Shown here piece after piece: positions 1 to 13,406 of a stretch of 64,000 bases of DNA (its first letter is position 1; each line of letters begins with the position of its first letter). The position numbers and the translations under genes were made by a program. The stretch is from Vezdaea acicularis (taxonomy: Eukaryota), in assembly GCA_026025075.1 (NCBI GenBank), contig JAPEUI010000020.1, forward strand, positions 62,001-126,000, read 5' to 3'. The notes beneath the pieces are model-generated. The model made no database searches. It saw nothing but the letters and a program-made list of their open reading frames with translations, and had not been told where the DNA came from.

Positions 1-3
1 TAG

Positions 4-907
4 ACATGCAAACGCTTTTTGACCTACAAAAGGTCAACATAGCCGTGAAAGAGCCCGAGCACCCCAAGCCGCTAGATCTAAAAGGCGGAAACATTAGATT
101 TGAAAATGTTACTTTTGGCTACCATCCAGACAGGCCAATTCTGCGAAATCTGAATCTTACCGTACCAGCTGGTAAGAAGGTCGCTATAGTTGGGCCAAGC
201 GGCTGCGGAAAGTCAACGATTCTAAGGCTTCTCTTTCGCTTCTATGATATACAGGAAGGTCGAATCTCAATTGATGGTCAAGATATCCGAGACGTGAGCC
301 TTGAATCCCTTCGCAAAGCGATTGGAATAGTTCCTCAGGATACACCTCTCTTTAATAATACGATTGAGCATAACATTCATTATGGCAACCTGAGTGCATC
401 TCCTGAGATGGTCGTCGCGGCCGCCAAGCGAGCAAAGATTCACGACACAGTCGCAAGCCTCCCCGACGGCTATGATACTATGGTCGGCGAACGTGGTATG
501 ATGATCTCAGGAGGAGAAAAGCAGAGACTAGCCGTCTCGCGCCTGATTCTAAAAGATCCGCCCTTGCTCTTCTTCGACGAAGCTACGTCTGCGCTGGACA
601 CGCATACGGAGCAATCGCTGCTGCAAAACATAAACAGCATATTGAAAGAGAAGGCGCGGACAAGTGTTTTCGTTGCACATCGACTACGGACGATTTACGA
701 TAGCGATAAGATTATAGTCTTATCAAACGGTCAAGTGGCTGAGAGCGGAACTCATAGTGAGCTGATTGACACGGGAGGGCTATATTCTGAGCTCTGGAGT
801 AGTAAGTATACACTCTGTGAGTCAAATCGGTCATCGCTAATTCATGTAAAGCGCAAGAGACGCTCTCTGCAGACGACGATGAGAAGCCAAATACAGACAA
901 ATTATGA
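4..907 (+). CDS. ATM1: Mitochondrial Fe-S cluster ABC exporter (ABCB7/Atm1), 3' part; gene begins before the window
   Basis: ABC ATPase domain with Walker A GPSGCGKST, signature variant ISGGEKQR, Walker B FFDEATSALD and H-loop AHRL. An intron at 802-851 (GTAAGT...GCTAA...AAG) gives the C-terminus ELWSTQETLSADDDEKPNTDKL*. TAG at 1-3 is probably the upstream acceptor. Confidence 0.9.
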
Positions 908-2326
908 CGAAAGAAAGGGCCATTTCGCATCTTAAATCAAGAAGTCAATTTCATGCACTACTGGCACGGTGGCATCCGGTTGGCTCGTACCAGGTGTAAG
1001 ATAAAGTCTTAGTCTGCTTGTTCCTTAATATCTGTGAGACAAAGTCAACACCAAATGGCGCCTAGAGTAGCTGTGGCTTCTAGGAACCCACCACCGCTTG
1101 GCGCGTGAATCTGTCACTTCGTTAAAGTAGCTCCTATTGAATGGGAGATATGAGACAAGGTAGATACTACGAAGAGCCTAATATTTAAGGAGATTTGAGT
1201 TCTATAGGCAGCATACGAAAGTTACTTAAAAAGTAATGGAGGCGCAAGGAAAACTACCAAGCCTCCCGAAGCGCTCCCTTCCTACTAGGTCGTATAAGCC
1301 TCGATAACGCAGTCCACAAGCGGGATAACCAACACAAGTGAGATCACCACCTCCAAAAGCATATAATCTGGACCCCCAATCATCACCCATAGCACGATGC
1401 AATTCTGACATCTACTACTACAAGATGATATTCTCAGTAGTCGAGGGACCAGGATGTTATTAACAATGCTATCACTGAGAGATAGATGCCTCAGAAAGTG
1501 GAAAATGAGAAGGCCCACTCGATATCAGTAAGGGATAAGGAGAAGTGCTGGAATACATATTGGAATGCTGGGGATAATGCTCACATATGCATCAGACATC
1601 AAGGGAATAACCTCCGGTTGAAATCACCATTGCGCTGGTGTTGTTATGATCGATGGTCAGGGGTCAAGGTTGTGTAGTGCATTTTGAAGGTGGTAATCTC
1701 GTTTGCGGATCGTATTTAAATGGATTAAAATATCCTCCAAATTATTCGACGAGAAAACTCGAAGTTCACGTGAGCGCACGTGATTCACACAATTGTGCGT
1801 TGCATTTTCGTGCGGGACGCCAATGTGCTCCCTTAATTCCAGCTCCTTAGGCTGCCGCGAAACCCTGCTAGGTTGCTGCGCCATGCATGTCAAGAGGATA
1901 GTGTCCGACTCATGTCCTCGAGCTAGAAAACCCAAATTCCACGTACCATCGTGTGACCTTGTCGACTCCGTATTTCTAGGTTCACGGGAAGTCCAGAGCT
2001 TTTAGTGAAAGGATCAATATGCATGATTTTAGGGGTGACTTTCAACGGAAGGAGGTAGACAGGGATGGTGCTGATGAATGAAAGTCCTCGAGGACCTTGG
2101 ATGATGGAACTTGATGAGAATCCTGGTTGGTTTCAAAAGACTTGGTATGCTCGGCCTGGCCTATCTAGTCAACGCCACTGGATAAAGTACAGGCTACACA
2201 CTGTGCTCGAACAGAGATGCTGCTTGTGTTCACAAGACCTAATCATTACACTTCGTTATAGTACATCCAGCGTATATAATGTGATCCGTAGGAATCAAGT
2301 TTTAGAGTATGCCGATTCTATTATCT

Positions 2327-5300
2327 TCAAAGGCTAGGGTCAATATTCTCTGGGTTGCTCACGGCGCCCTTCCCGATTGGAGGCCACGGAGCCGGACCCT
2401 GAGCCCTCTCAGTCAACGCATCCCCATTTCTATTAGCCTCTTTCCCTTGAATGAGCCTCAACTTCTCCGCCTCGATTAGTTCGCCCTCCTTCCATCTGTC
2501 GCCGTACATTCCCCTGATGATTTGCCCTGTACCAGCATCCATGCGTCTTGCCATCTCCAGTAAAGCCGCCTCCTGCAGCTCTTGCGCCGTCACTTGAACA
2601 TGCACATCTTCCTCAATCTTAATTCTTTTCGCTGCCTGCTCCTCGACCGCTTTATCCGTATCCTTTGCTTTTCTTTTCTCCATTATCTCCCTCATTCGCC
2701 TTGCCTTTTCGGCTAGATAACGTACTGAGTGTCCTAGTGCCTTTGATTCACCAACATCGAGTGGCGGCGCCGTAAAGAACAGTATTCGCCCCTGTGCATC
2801 TCTGTGATAACGCTCGCGCACGTCCGGAGGAATGCTGAAGTTCGCACTATCATTCAGTATGTATACCTCGGATGGCTTTGGTGGTACGTATGGAGAACCC
2901 CCTACTGCGGTCGTGCCGAGGTGAGCTCTAGCAGCATCGTATTGGCCACTCGCTGTGCGTTGAACGTTTTGAGAATGGTAAAGTTGAGAGGACTGCGGAG
3001 TTGAGTATTGGTTTGCGTGGGCCAGGTGTGGTGGAAGAGAAGTGAATGCAGAGGGGTTGAAAGCAGGAGCCGGGGAAGCGGAATTGCCATGATATTGAGA
3101 AGCGTTAGGTGGGTGTGCAGCAAAGTGATGGTGAGCAGGTGTAGCTTGAGCTGGGACAGGGGTAGTGCCAGTCATGTTGATGTCACCTGGTGTATCAGGG
3201 ACATGAGCAGAGTGAGAAGAGATTTGACGTGCTGGCTGTGGTGGAGGCTGAGGGGGTGGTGTGGGCGTGGGCTCAGGCGGCGGAGATTCCTGAACAAAAT
3301 GTTAGTATGAATATGTTGCAAAGCGTCATCTGATACATATGAACTTTTACTTACGTTAGCTTCACGAGGTCTCAAGTGTACAGCACCAACAATAGGAGGC
3401 GCATTCTCAACACCCCAGGTCGGCTTCGGCAGGTCGTCCTCTTCCTTTGCATTTTCGGGCAGCAGGTGCTTGATTGGACTTGGCACTTTCTTCATCTTCT
3501 TTGTCGCGTCGAAAAGGTCCATTTCATAATCCTTCTCGCGAACTTCGTCTGGAAGACAGCTAGCCCATGTCTTGATTTTGTTGAGCTTGTGCTTCTCTTC
3601 ATTATAGCGGGATTCGCAGACATATACGTCCTTCTCCGGGGGAAAGCCTCGGGGTCGGCCCTTATTAAAGCGAGTAAAGAACATAACAAAGCACCTATCG
3701 ACAACCTCGTCAATGTGATGATCACGATACTGGCCAGTTTTGACAACTTCGTGCTCAAAGAAATGACGTTCCGCTCGGTGTACAGTCTGCTCTGGCCTGT
3801 AGTACCAGCAGGCGTTTACCCATTTCTGCCCTTCAGCATCTTGCCATGTTCTGTATATCTGGGCCACGATTGGCTTGGTTAGGTCATTGGGGTTCTGTAT
3901 GTGCACCCAGTCGCCAACTTTCCACAGTTCACCGTTGTGTAAGATACCATTTGGGAGAGGCAGCCGACCGTCCTCCATCACATATTCGCTATCTGGCTTC
4001 TTTTTCTCCTGTTCCGCCAGGAGGCGACTTTCCTTTTGGAGCTCAACGGCATCTTTGTAGATTTGACTGTCGTCGAGATTGTACGATTGAGCGTTATCAA
4101 ACATGATCTCGACGTCCTTCATGAAGTGATCGACGGACTGGTATTTCTTGCGCTTAGCTTTTCTCTGTGGGCTGGTCAGCAATCTTTGTGTCTGCCGACT
4201 CTGATTACCTTTCAGAAAGGGTCGTACCTTGATAACGTCCAGCGCCATTGGTACTTTGATTTCAGCGAAATATTCTGGCATATGGCTCTTATCTGGAAGC
4301 CTTTCGAAATGATTGACTTTTAGGTCACCATTCGGGTGCTTGAACTTTCGCATCCCCTTTAATACAGCCTTGATGCGAGCCTCCATGGGAGTATCGACCC
4401 TCGGAGGGCGACCTCTTCTCTTCCTCGCATCCGCTTCTGCACCCTTCTGCCCATTATCCTCAGCTTTACCACCTCCCTCACGCTTCGTTATAGCGGCCGT
4501 TGATCGGGGTCCTCTGCGTCGACGTTTGCGCGTGCCCTCATCGTCAGATTCATCAACTTCGTCATCCTCCTCATCTTCATCTTCATCCTCCTCATCTTCA
4601 CCCTCCTCATCTGGAGCACGTGGCGATGGTGGAGGAATCTCACCAAGATCCGGAAGAGCTGCAGCTTCGGCAGTGACTATCTTTTCGTCTACGATTTTCT
4701 TGAGCTCGTCCTCAAGAACGGCCTGAATGGTGGTTAGCTGACTTGTTGAACAATCTCGAATGCTGCTAGAGATTCCCATACCTTGAGTTGGACGGCATTC
4801 TGGTAAACGCCAGCCTCTGGCCGATTATATACTTGCGCATTGTGGGAGACCTAGTCGTAGGTATTAAATCTCACTACCTGTAGATCTCAATACGCCATAG
4901 AGCCGCTAAGCTTACCAGAGCAAAGTCGCGGACGAACTCGGAGAAAGCCTTGTAATCTCTCTTCGCTATTTTTTGCTGCGTAGATATCTAATTCAGCACT
5001 TTGATCGTTCCAAATTGTTCCCTCTATTGAGACAGGGTAACCCCGCACCTTGATTGAGCTCAATGCTACTGGCTCTTTTATTACATTGTAGTAATCCGGA
5101 ACTGCTCGTTTATTGACCATTCGCAGAAATGGATACGCAGGGGATTGGCCCCTATGCCGTATTAGCAGCCGATCTAGACGACCAATAACGGATGTCTTCC
5201 TTCAAGGCAAAGAAAGCGAGCGGTTGACTGATCCCACACAGGAGGCGATGCGTCACTTACTCGGCATCTTTGTAGTCATAAATAGTATCTAGGATGGTTT

Positions 5301-5421
5301 GCATTGCGTCAAACTCCTCCTCTGTGACCGCTGATCCGCCATCTGTTTGAACGTTCTCGTCTTTTGCGTTCTCAATGGAGGGCATAGGAGTTTCACTTGG
5401 GCTATTTGCTTTTGCTGCCAT
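2327..5421 (-). CDS. RSC chromatin-remodelling subunit Rsc1/Rsc2-like (two bromodomains plus BAH domain), multi-exon
   Basis: Bromodomain motifs (PDYYNVIKEPVALSSIK; PEYFAEIKVPMALD...MFDNAQSYN), an AT-hook-like RRGRPPR and a BAH domain (WKVGDWVHIQN...CWYYRPEQT). Six GT-AG introns join the ORF-track fragments in frame. Confidence 0.88.
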
Positions 5422-5808
5422 CTTGATAGCAGTTGAATGTTCAACGAAGCCGTGAGACACATAAGGTCAGTCCGAAGCGCTGCCGGAAAGAAGTGCGTCG
5501 AAAAGTTTGAGCAAATGGAAGTCCTTTAATGTAGCGATAGAGCACAGCAAAATCGCGTATGGGTCAGGACTGTAGGACGCGACCGGAAAACTGCGCGCGG
5601 AACTTTCCGCGCTCTCGTTATGCTTCCTAGAATCATCCCCGAGCACGTATGGAAAAGCAATCAGCTTGGGAATGCAAAAATGAATCATCTGTCTCACATT
5701 AGAGCCTATTGATACTGTTTACTACTAGGTACTTCTCTCTTATTCTGCCAACAAGACGATAAGTTCCGAATTGCTATTCAGATCCGAACACTGCATAAGT
5801 CGTAAAGC

Positions 5809-6882
5809 ATGCGAATACGACTTCGGGGTCCAGAAGGGGCCTTTGCCGTAACTGTTAATAGCTCAGATACTGTCGGACACTTAGTTGAACTGATAGCCAC
5901 AAAGACAAATATTCAGAGCTTCGATTTGAAGTATGGATATCCACCAAAACCTCTCGTCTTACATCGTTACGAGCAATCGACTAAGCTATCTGCTATCGAC
6001 ATAGATCTTGACGGTGAACAGCTCACCGTAAGCCCAAATCAATCCACTAAACCAGAGACTCAATCTTCACAACCCGAGATAATTTCCCAATCGTCAGTAT
6101 CAGCCCCTTCCCCTCAAACTTCTGGCGTAACACATCCTTCGGAACGGTCCGCTGAATTCTCTGGTACGATAAGATCGTCGAAGAATCCTCAGAGACTAAA
6201 ATTATCTCGACCCCGGAAATTAGATTCCGATCCACCAGAAATTCCGGTCGAAGAACATGGCTCTACCATGGTTCTTCGAATTATGCCGGATGATAACTCC
6301 TGCATGTTCCGCGCCTTTGGTAGCGCATACTTTGGAAATCTTGATAGTATGACGGAACTACGATCCCTTGTAGCTCAAGCTATCCAGGCGCAGCCTGAAG
6401 TCTATTCTGCCGCAGTGCTTGACCAGACACCAGACGAATATTGCGCTTGGATACAAACTGAGGACGCTTGGGGTGGTGGTATAGAGCTTGGAATTCTCAG
6501 CCAACATTTCGACATCGAGATAAGTTCCATCGACGTGCAAACACTTCGAGTTGATAAGTTTAATGAAGGGCAATCACAAAGATGTATCCTGGTATATTCT
6601 GGAATTCATTACGACGCAATAGCCCTATCGCCGTCGGACCCACCACATAAAATCGCTTTAGCTCCTCCGGACTTTGATACGAAGATTTTTGACACCAGTG
6701 ACGAGATGATACTGCAGAAAGCTGTCGAACTTTGTAGGATACTGAGGGATAAGCACTACTTCACAGACACAGCCAAATTTTCCTTAAGGTGCAACATTTG
6801 TGGCACTGAACTGGAAGGGGAAAAGGGTGCCATAGAACACGCATCCAAGACCGGTCATACAGACTTTGGAGAGGACAGGTAG
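5809..6882 (+). CDS. OTU1: OTU-family deubiquitinase Otu1/YOD1
   Basis: N-terminal UBX-like domain (MRIRLRGPEG...YGYPPK), OTU catalytic motifs PDDNSCMFRA, WGGGIEL and YSGIHYD, and a C-terminal C2H2 finger (CNIC...HASKTGH). Intronless. Confidence 0.93.
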   Translation: MRIRLRGPEGAFAVTVNSSDTVGHLVELIATKTNIQSFDLKYGYPPKPLVLHRYEQSTKLSAIDIDLDGEQLTVSPNQSTKPETQSSQPEIISQSSVSAPSPQTSGVTHPSERSAEFSGTIRSSKNPQRLKLSRPRKLDSDPPEIPVEEHGSTMVLRIMPDDNSCMFRAFGSAYFGNLDSMTELRSLVAQAIQAQPEVYSAAVLDQTPDEYCAWIQTEDAWGGGIELGILSQHFDIEISSIDVQTLRVDKFNEGQSQRCILVYSGIHYDAIALSPSDPPHKIALAPPDFDTKIFDTSDEMILQKAVELCRILRDKHYFTDTAKFSLRCNICGTELEGEKGAIEHASKTGHTDFGEDR

Positions 6883-7560
6883 ATAGTGTCTAGTCTGTGT
6901 GTACTACTGTATATTAATCTGATGAAGATGATACCTACGACAATATCTCACGTCTAACAATCGGCCCAGGAATGATATTCCGAAGAGCAAAGACAGTCAT
7001 TCACTGTACTAGTGTCTATGCGACGTTGTGGAGTGGATCACATGCGAGGCTTGCCACCCTCCCGGTGACACTTGGCTGCTGATTTCGTTTGTCTACTAAA
7101 CCAAAACTCGGTTGCCACAGATGCGGAGTCCGTACAAGAGTGGTTCCGCTACCAGATTATTTGGAAGTCATGAATGCTCCTTCACTTCGATAGGCAAACT
7201 TCAGGCAACGCCTGCTCGCCCTGAATGGCTGCTTCGCCAGGCATCGACACGGGCCAGCCGCTAAAATAATTAAAGTTTCGCCTGTGCGCCAACCGAAGCC
7301 AAAATAATTCGGACCTTGCGACATATAAACCTAGATCAACACTTCCACGTCGTCGCCCTACAGCAAGTATGGGTTTCTTTCTTCAAAAAGTCATAAACTT
7401 TACATCGTGATTGTAGGTTTAAGTTGGACTGCATACTATTCCGAATCAAACGAGTAGACGGCTTATCACGAAGTGAATCCTGAGCTCCTACCATTACGAT
7501 TGCATCCATAGGATCCGCTTATGATAACGTCCGTCACTCTTTTGAGCTCGACCTTCAACG

Positions 7561-10500
7561 ATGGGGTCCGAAGATGACTCGCAGAGAAGGGTAGCCCACA
7601 AGCTGCAGAAGAAGAGGCCTGGATCTCGGCCGAGGCTTAACATCCCGGACAGGTTCAAAGATGGAGAGGACGCCCAGGAGGATGTCACAGCTCCTAGGCA
7701 TACTCAACACATGAACCAGAGCGTCTTCTCTATGGTTGCAGCTGCGGGTTCCAAGGTTGATTTTCATTCTCGATTCGACGATGAAAGTAGCGAGAGCGAG
7801 GACGAAACATCGCCAACGGCGCCACCAACGGGCCATGGTAATGGAGGGCTCCCAGCGGGAAAGACTAGTTCAGCCCAGCAGAGGCCTCCAGTGCTAGGGC
7901 GACCACGAAAGGTCACTGAACATGGATTACCGGCGTTGGATGTGCGTACTATGAAAGAAAGGAAATACATGTCACAGAGCTTTCGCAAGAACTCTCCAGA
8001 AGAGCTGTCTCCGAAGGGAGGGAAAACTCCAAGAGAATCGCCAGTGATGAGCCAAATGCTCCAAGCTCGAGCTGCAATGAACTCGTCAAATGTCATCGCG
8101 GCAGGGATACAGGAGCATGAGCAAAGTGATGCTCATGTAGAAGCAACAGACCTTTCTGCACTCTCTAAGCAATTGATGGAAATCTTCGATTTCGAAAAGC
8201 CTGAGGACGTAATATCTGGTAATTGGCGCGCCCATACTTCTCGTAGTAGATTCCTGATCAATAGTGATAGAATATCCTTGCTGGCTCCTGCAAAGCGTTC
8301 TCCTTCAGGGGTATATGTACATAACAACGAAGCACATATGCTTCTACGCATATCTTCCTAAAAAATCGGTAATGTTCTCTTCTGGGAGGTGAATTTTGTG
8401 AATACTAAGGAAGATAATCTGACGAGACACAGAATATCGTTGCAAAGTCCGGGCATCTAACGAAACGAGGGCGACAGAATCCGACCTACCATAGGTATTG
8501 GTTCACACTAAAAGGTGATGTTCTATCGTATTATCAAAGCGCGTCAGATCTCTATTTTCCTAGCGGAAATATTGATCTACGCTATGGTATTCAGGCCTCT
8601 CAGAAGGGAAAAGACAGTAAGGACTTTTCGGTCACAACTAACCAACGTATATATTGGTTTAAGGCCGACAGCGTAGCTAGTGCAAAAGAATGGGTCAAGA
8701 CACTGCAGAAAGTTATTTTTAGGTCGCATAACGAGGGGGACAGTGTGAAGATTTCCTTACCGATAGAAAATATCATCGATATTGAAGATAGTCCCGTCCT
8801 CGACTTTGCGGAGACATTCAAGATACGGGTTTTTGATAGTGATGAAACGTTCGCAATAGATGAGGTCAGCCTCTATTATTCCTATGGCCCTCCCCATTCT
8901 GACGAACAAGCATAGTATTATTTTTCGTTCTTCAGCTTTGGCACAGACGCGTTGAATGTTCTTCGGAGCATGATTGACGATACGCCGGCTCAAAGGCTTT
9001 CGATAGATCTTCTGAGGCCAACGAATCAAAGCCCCCGAAGCCAAGGGAGCCGAGATAATGGCCAATATTTTGATGCTTATAAGGAAAGCTCGCGTGGCAC
9101 TACGACGCCTGTATTGCATGATAATGTTCGAGCTACCTTGTCTCCCATCCCTTCAGGGCCCAATAGTGGTAGAGCTAGTCCTCGTTTGAGTTGCGACTTA
9201 GGTGGAAGGGCTAGCCAAGAGTTAAGTCGACGCAGTTTTGACCTCTCGACCTTGGAGCCCGGTAGAAGGAGTATGAGCCGAAGCAGAAAGAGTTCGAGCA
9301 AGGGAAGACGCGATCATAGGTCTCCCTTTCTAAAACCTCGAGGCTCGATAGATTCCTTTGATCACTCTCTTGATCGTGAACACGACTCAAGTGCTGGAGT
9401 GTTGTCCAGTAACGATACAATTGCTTCCGCTAGCCAGATACTAGACCGGAGTGATGTGTTCAAATCTCCAACCATCCAAGAAACACAGCCTTCCTCTTCA
9501 AGAAGGCCGGCGGTAAGGGAGGGGCACCCAATTCTCGACACACCTGAGGACAATCAACACTTCGGCGCCACTGGCACTGACTTTAAAATTCTCCCACCCT
9601 CCCGTTCTCAGACAAGGAAACTTTCGACTAAGCATCACGGTCATACCAACCTTGATGGTAACAGCGAGTCGGGTTCAAATAGAGGAGAGCTACAACATTC
9701 TAACTCCTCGCCATCTCTCCAAAACCTTGTCAGAGTAGGCGCCTATCCTCTGCAACGTGCCGCAGGCTGGGCAGGACTGCTAACGAAACGCTCCAAACGT
9801 ATGAGTAGTCTTCTCGCGACAGAATCAATGGGTTATATTGAGAAAGTATCTGGCATGTGGCAGGGCGGCCGCAAGCACTACGAAGATGCCGCCGAACTCC
9901 ACGCTGACGATCGTCTTGATGACGCTGAAGATGATGAAGATGTACTTGAGCACGGAGCACGCTTTCGAAATCATTTTGCTTTGCCTGAATCTGAGCGTCT
10001 ACAAGCAACTTATTTTGGGCACCTGCATAGAGTCCTCCCTCTCTATGGTAAAATATACATCAGCAATAAATCCTTCTGCTTTCGAAGTCTTCTTCCTGGA
10101 ACCAAGACTAAGGTAAATCTGACCTACTGGTCTTTGCTTGGAATAAGCTAAATATTGGTGCCTAGATGATTCTACCCCTCAAAGATATCGAGAACGTTGA
10201 TAAGGAAAAAGGTTTCCGTTGGGGATACTCTGGCCTGGTCATTGTCATCAAGGGCCATGAAGAATTATTTTTCGAATATAGCGCGCCTGACACCCGTGAC
10301 GACTGCGCAATCACTTTACTCCAGAATATTGAGAGGGTCAAATACATGAAAGAGTCGGGCATGCTTAGTAGGGAGGAGAAAGAAAGCGTTGAAGCCGCCA
10401 AGTCCGAACACAAGGCACTCCAAGAAGCTAGGCGTAAAGGCCATGACGAGCATGAATTATGTCTACCAAAAGCCTCAGAGACTGCCGGTAAGCTGCATGT

Positions 10501-12189
10501 TGCATTTCTGTTGAAGATTATTAATTTAACCCTACTCAGGTGATACCCAAGGTCCACCAATCATGTTTGACGACCCTCGTGCTTCAATTATCAACTTCAA
10601 GCCGACGGAAAGCCTCAGAATTACGTGCCTAACGATTGGTTCTCGCGGTGATGTACAGCCGTACATTGCTCTGTGTAAAGGGCTTCTTGCGGAGGGTCAT
10701 AAACCGAAGATCGCAACGCATGCTGAATTTGAACCATGGGTTCGCAAACATGGAATCCAGTTTGAGCCTGTTTTCGGAGATCCCGCTGAATTGATGAGAA
10801 TCTGCGTTGAGAACGGCATGTTCACGTATTCTTTCTTAAGGGAAGCATCAACCAAGGTAAGAGCTTGAGCCTCAAAATTGTCCTGATTCCTCTGCTTATG
10901 CGTCTAAAGTTTCGAGGTTGGATGGATGGCCTTCTTACATCTGCGTGGAAAGCTTGTCAAGATACCGACATTCTCATTGAGAGCCCTAGTGCCATGGCTG
11001 GCATTCACATCGCTGAGGCACTGGAGATTCCTTTTTTCCGCGCGTTCACTATGCCCTGGACTCGGACGAGAGCCTATCCGCACGCTTTCGCTGTGCCCAC
11101 ATCTAAGAAGGGTGGAGCTTACAACTACTTGTCTTACGTGATGTTCGATAACGTCTTCTGGAAGGCCCAAGCTGGCCAAGTCAATCGCTGGCGAAAGAAG
11201 GAGCTCAATCTTCCTAGTACTAGCCTTGACAAGCTTCAGCCAAACAAGGTCCCCTTCATGTACAATTTCAGCCCGTCGGTGGTTGTGCCGCCTATCGACT
11301 ACAGCGACTGGATCAGAGTTACTGGCTATTGGTTCTTAGATGAAGCTACTAACTGGGAACCCCCAAAAAATATGGTAGATTTCATCAAGCAAGCCAGGAC
11401 TGACAAGAAGAAGATCGTCTACATCGGATTTGGCTCTATCACAGTCTCAGATCCTGCGGCCCTGACAAAGACTATCGTCGACTCCGTGCTCAAAGCTGAT
11501 GTGCGATGCATTCTCTCTAAGGGATGGTCTGACCGTTTCGAGGATAAAGATGCTATGAAGACAGAGATCCCACTGCCTAAGGAGATTCATCAGATCAAAT
11601 CAGCACCGCATGATTGGCTTTTCAAACAAGTAGATGCTGCTGCGCATCATGGTGGGGCGGGAACGACAGGCGCTAGTCTCCGAGCTGGACTTCCAACCAT
11701 CATCAAACCATTCTTCGGCGATCAGTTTTTCTATGGCTCTAGGGTAGAAGATCTTGGGGTCGGTATTTGCATCAAGAAGCTCAACGTTAGTGTGTTTTCA
11801 AGGGCATTATGGGAAGCTGTTAACGACGAGAGAATAATCGTCAAGGCAAAGGTGCTTGGGGAAAATATCAGAAGTGTAAGCGGCTTGTTAGTATCGTTTC
11901 CAGAATCCAACTAACTAAGCAACAGGAAGATGGTGTTGGGAACGCGATTCAGTCAATCTACCGCGACCTTGAATATGCTAAGTCTTTGATCAAGAAACGA
12001 GGCGCTACAGCAGATGATGGAGTCGAGGACTCTGAAGAGAGCTGGACATTTATTGGCGATGAAGGCGATGCAGAGCTCGTACAGCGAATTGCTGACTGGT
12101 CTCCAATGGCGCAGGTGGGAGAAGATGGAATCAGAGTGCTTGGAAAGAAGAAGTCCATCCGTCGTACTAACCCGGAAATGCATGTTTGA
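7561..12189 (+). CDS. ATG26: Sterol 3-beta-glucosyltransferase (GRAM-PH-GRAM-glycosyltransferase), multi-exon
   Basis: After splicing: [17 protein letters not shown], a PH domain, GRAM ([10 protein letters not shown]), and catalytic motifs [11 protein letters not shown] and [15 protein letters not shown]...PFFGDQ. Canonical introns link the ORF-track pieces. Confidence 0.93.
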
Positions 12190-13406
12190 ATGAAGACTTG
12201 GAATTAGAACTGCTTCCTGTTGCTCCCGTTCCTTTATCAGCGATTAGCGATGGGCCTGAGACGAGCGAGCGAGTGCTGACGAGGTTGCAACTGGGTCTAT
12301 CATTTGGAGAATGGAAAGTTTGGGAATAGAGATTGTTTCTTAATGATAGGACAGATAATAATCTTAATGGTGATCATAACCGAATGCCACTAAAGTGAGG
12401 ACACGTTGAGTGCGTTGTAGTCAATGCAGAAGTAGTAGATCTCGGTTTTACCACATTCTTTCTCTTTTCCAGAGACAAGTAAGGACGATCAGATCAGACA
12501 TATGTATCTACATATGTCGTTCCCTGTAATAGACCGTTTCTCCAACTCGCCTCCACCTCTAAGAGGCCAATGGTACTTGCATTAAGAGCATACTTCAGTT
12601 CACGAAGACCGCGAAGAAAACCCGTTGAGTTGTGTAGCGACAGAAGTCGGCCCCGTACAGTAGAAGGCGGAAGTATTATCATGCAACAGGGCACACGCCG
12701 TTATGGCTCAGGTTGGTGAATGGTGATAATATACCGACTGATTGCCGATTGCCTACTCCAGGCACGCGAAGACCTCGGCGGCCGGCTGCGGAGATTTCCG
12801 GGCAACGGCAGTCAAAGGAGGGCATAAAGGGCCAAAGGAGAAGCGAATAGGTAAGCGCAGAGGATAAATAGCCTGCCACTTCCCCCACCATCATCGCTCG
12901 CTTGACAGGTAGACGAGCCCGACTGCAAACTCGCCAAGACTACTGTTTGACGTCCATCCACCGCCTTCGGGCCTGCAGCAATCCCTGGTTTCGCTGGTTT
13001 CGCTTCGTCCCATGGGTCGGCCATTGTTCCTCATCCAGTAATACCGCGTTTGCTTCCATCGTGAGGTCGAGAGTTGACACTGAGTCACGATTGGTACCTT
13101 CAGAAGCCTGAGAATTAGCCGCACACCCCTCACATCCATTGATTGTCAATAGCATCTTGCGGTGAACCCAAGCAGTCTCAAGGAAGCTCATATTTCTTAG
13201 TGCGCGGTCATCAGTTTGCACCTGTCCCTATGCGATTCAATGAAGCTACATCCGCAGCTTTCCCTAATTTACGACCTGACGCATTAACTCCAGTGGCGCA
13301 ATCAGAGCTTTTAGTCGCCCAAACCCCACCGATACCGTTTCTGAAAACGCCTCTAGGCGCGTCAACGTGCTAGAGCGGCCCTGGCGCGTGGAGGTCCCTC
13401 TTTACG

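Noticed and set aside
908..2326. 1.4-kb gap between convergent genes, with paired CACGTG boxes (1767, 1777) and splice-like signals on the minus strand
   Set aside because: I could not build a coherent spliced ORF or a box C/D RNA with a recognisable guide. It may hide a transcript, but nothing is supportable.
12190..13400. Several 66-93 aa ORFs between ATG26 and FCP1
   Set aside because: No recognisable domain, no consistent exon chain and no telomerase-template or snRNA motif.
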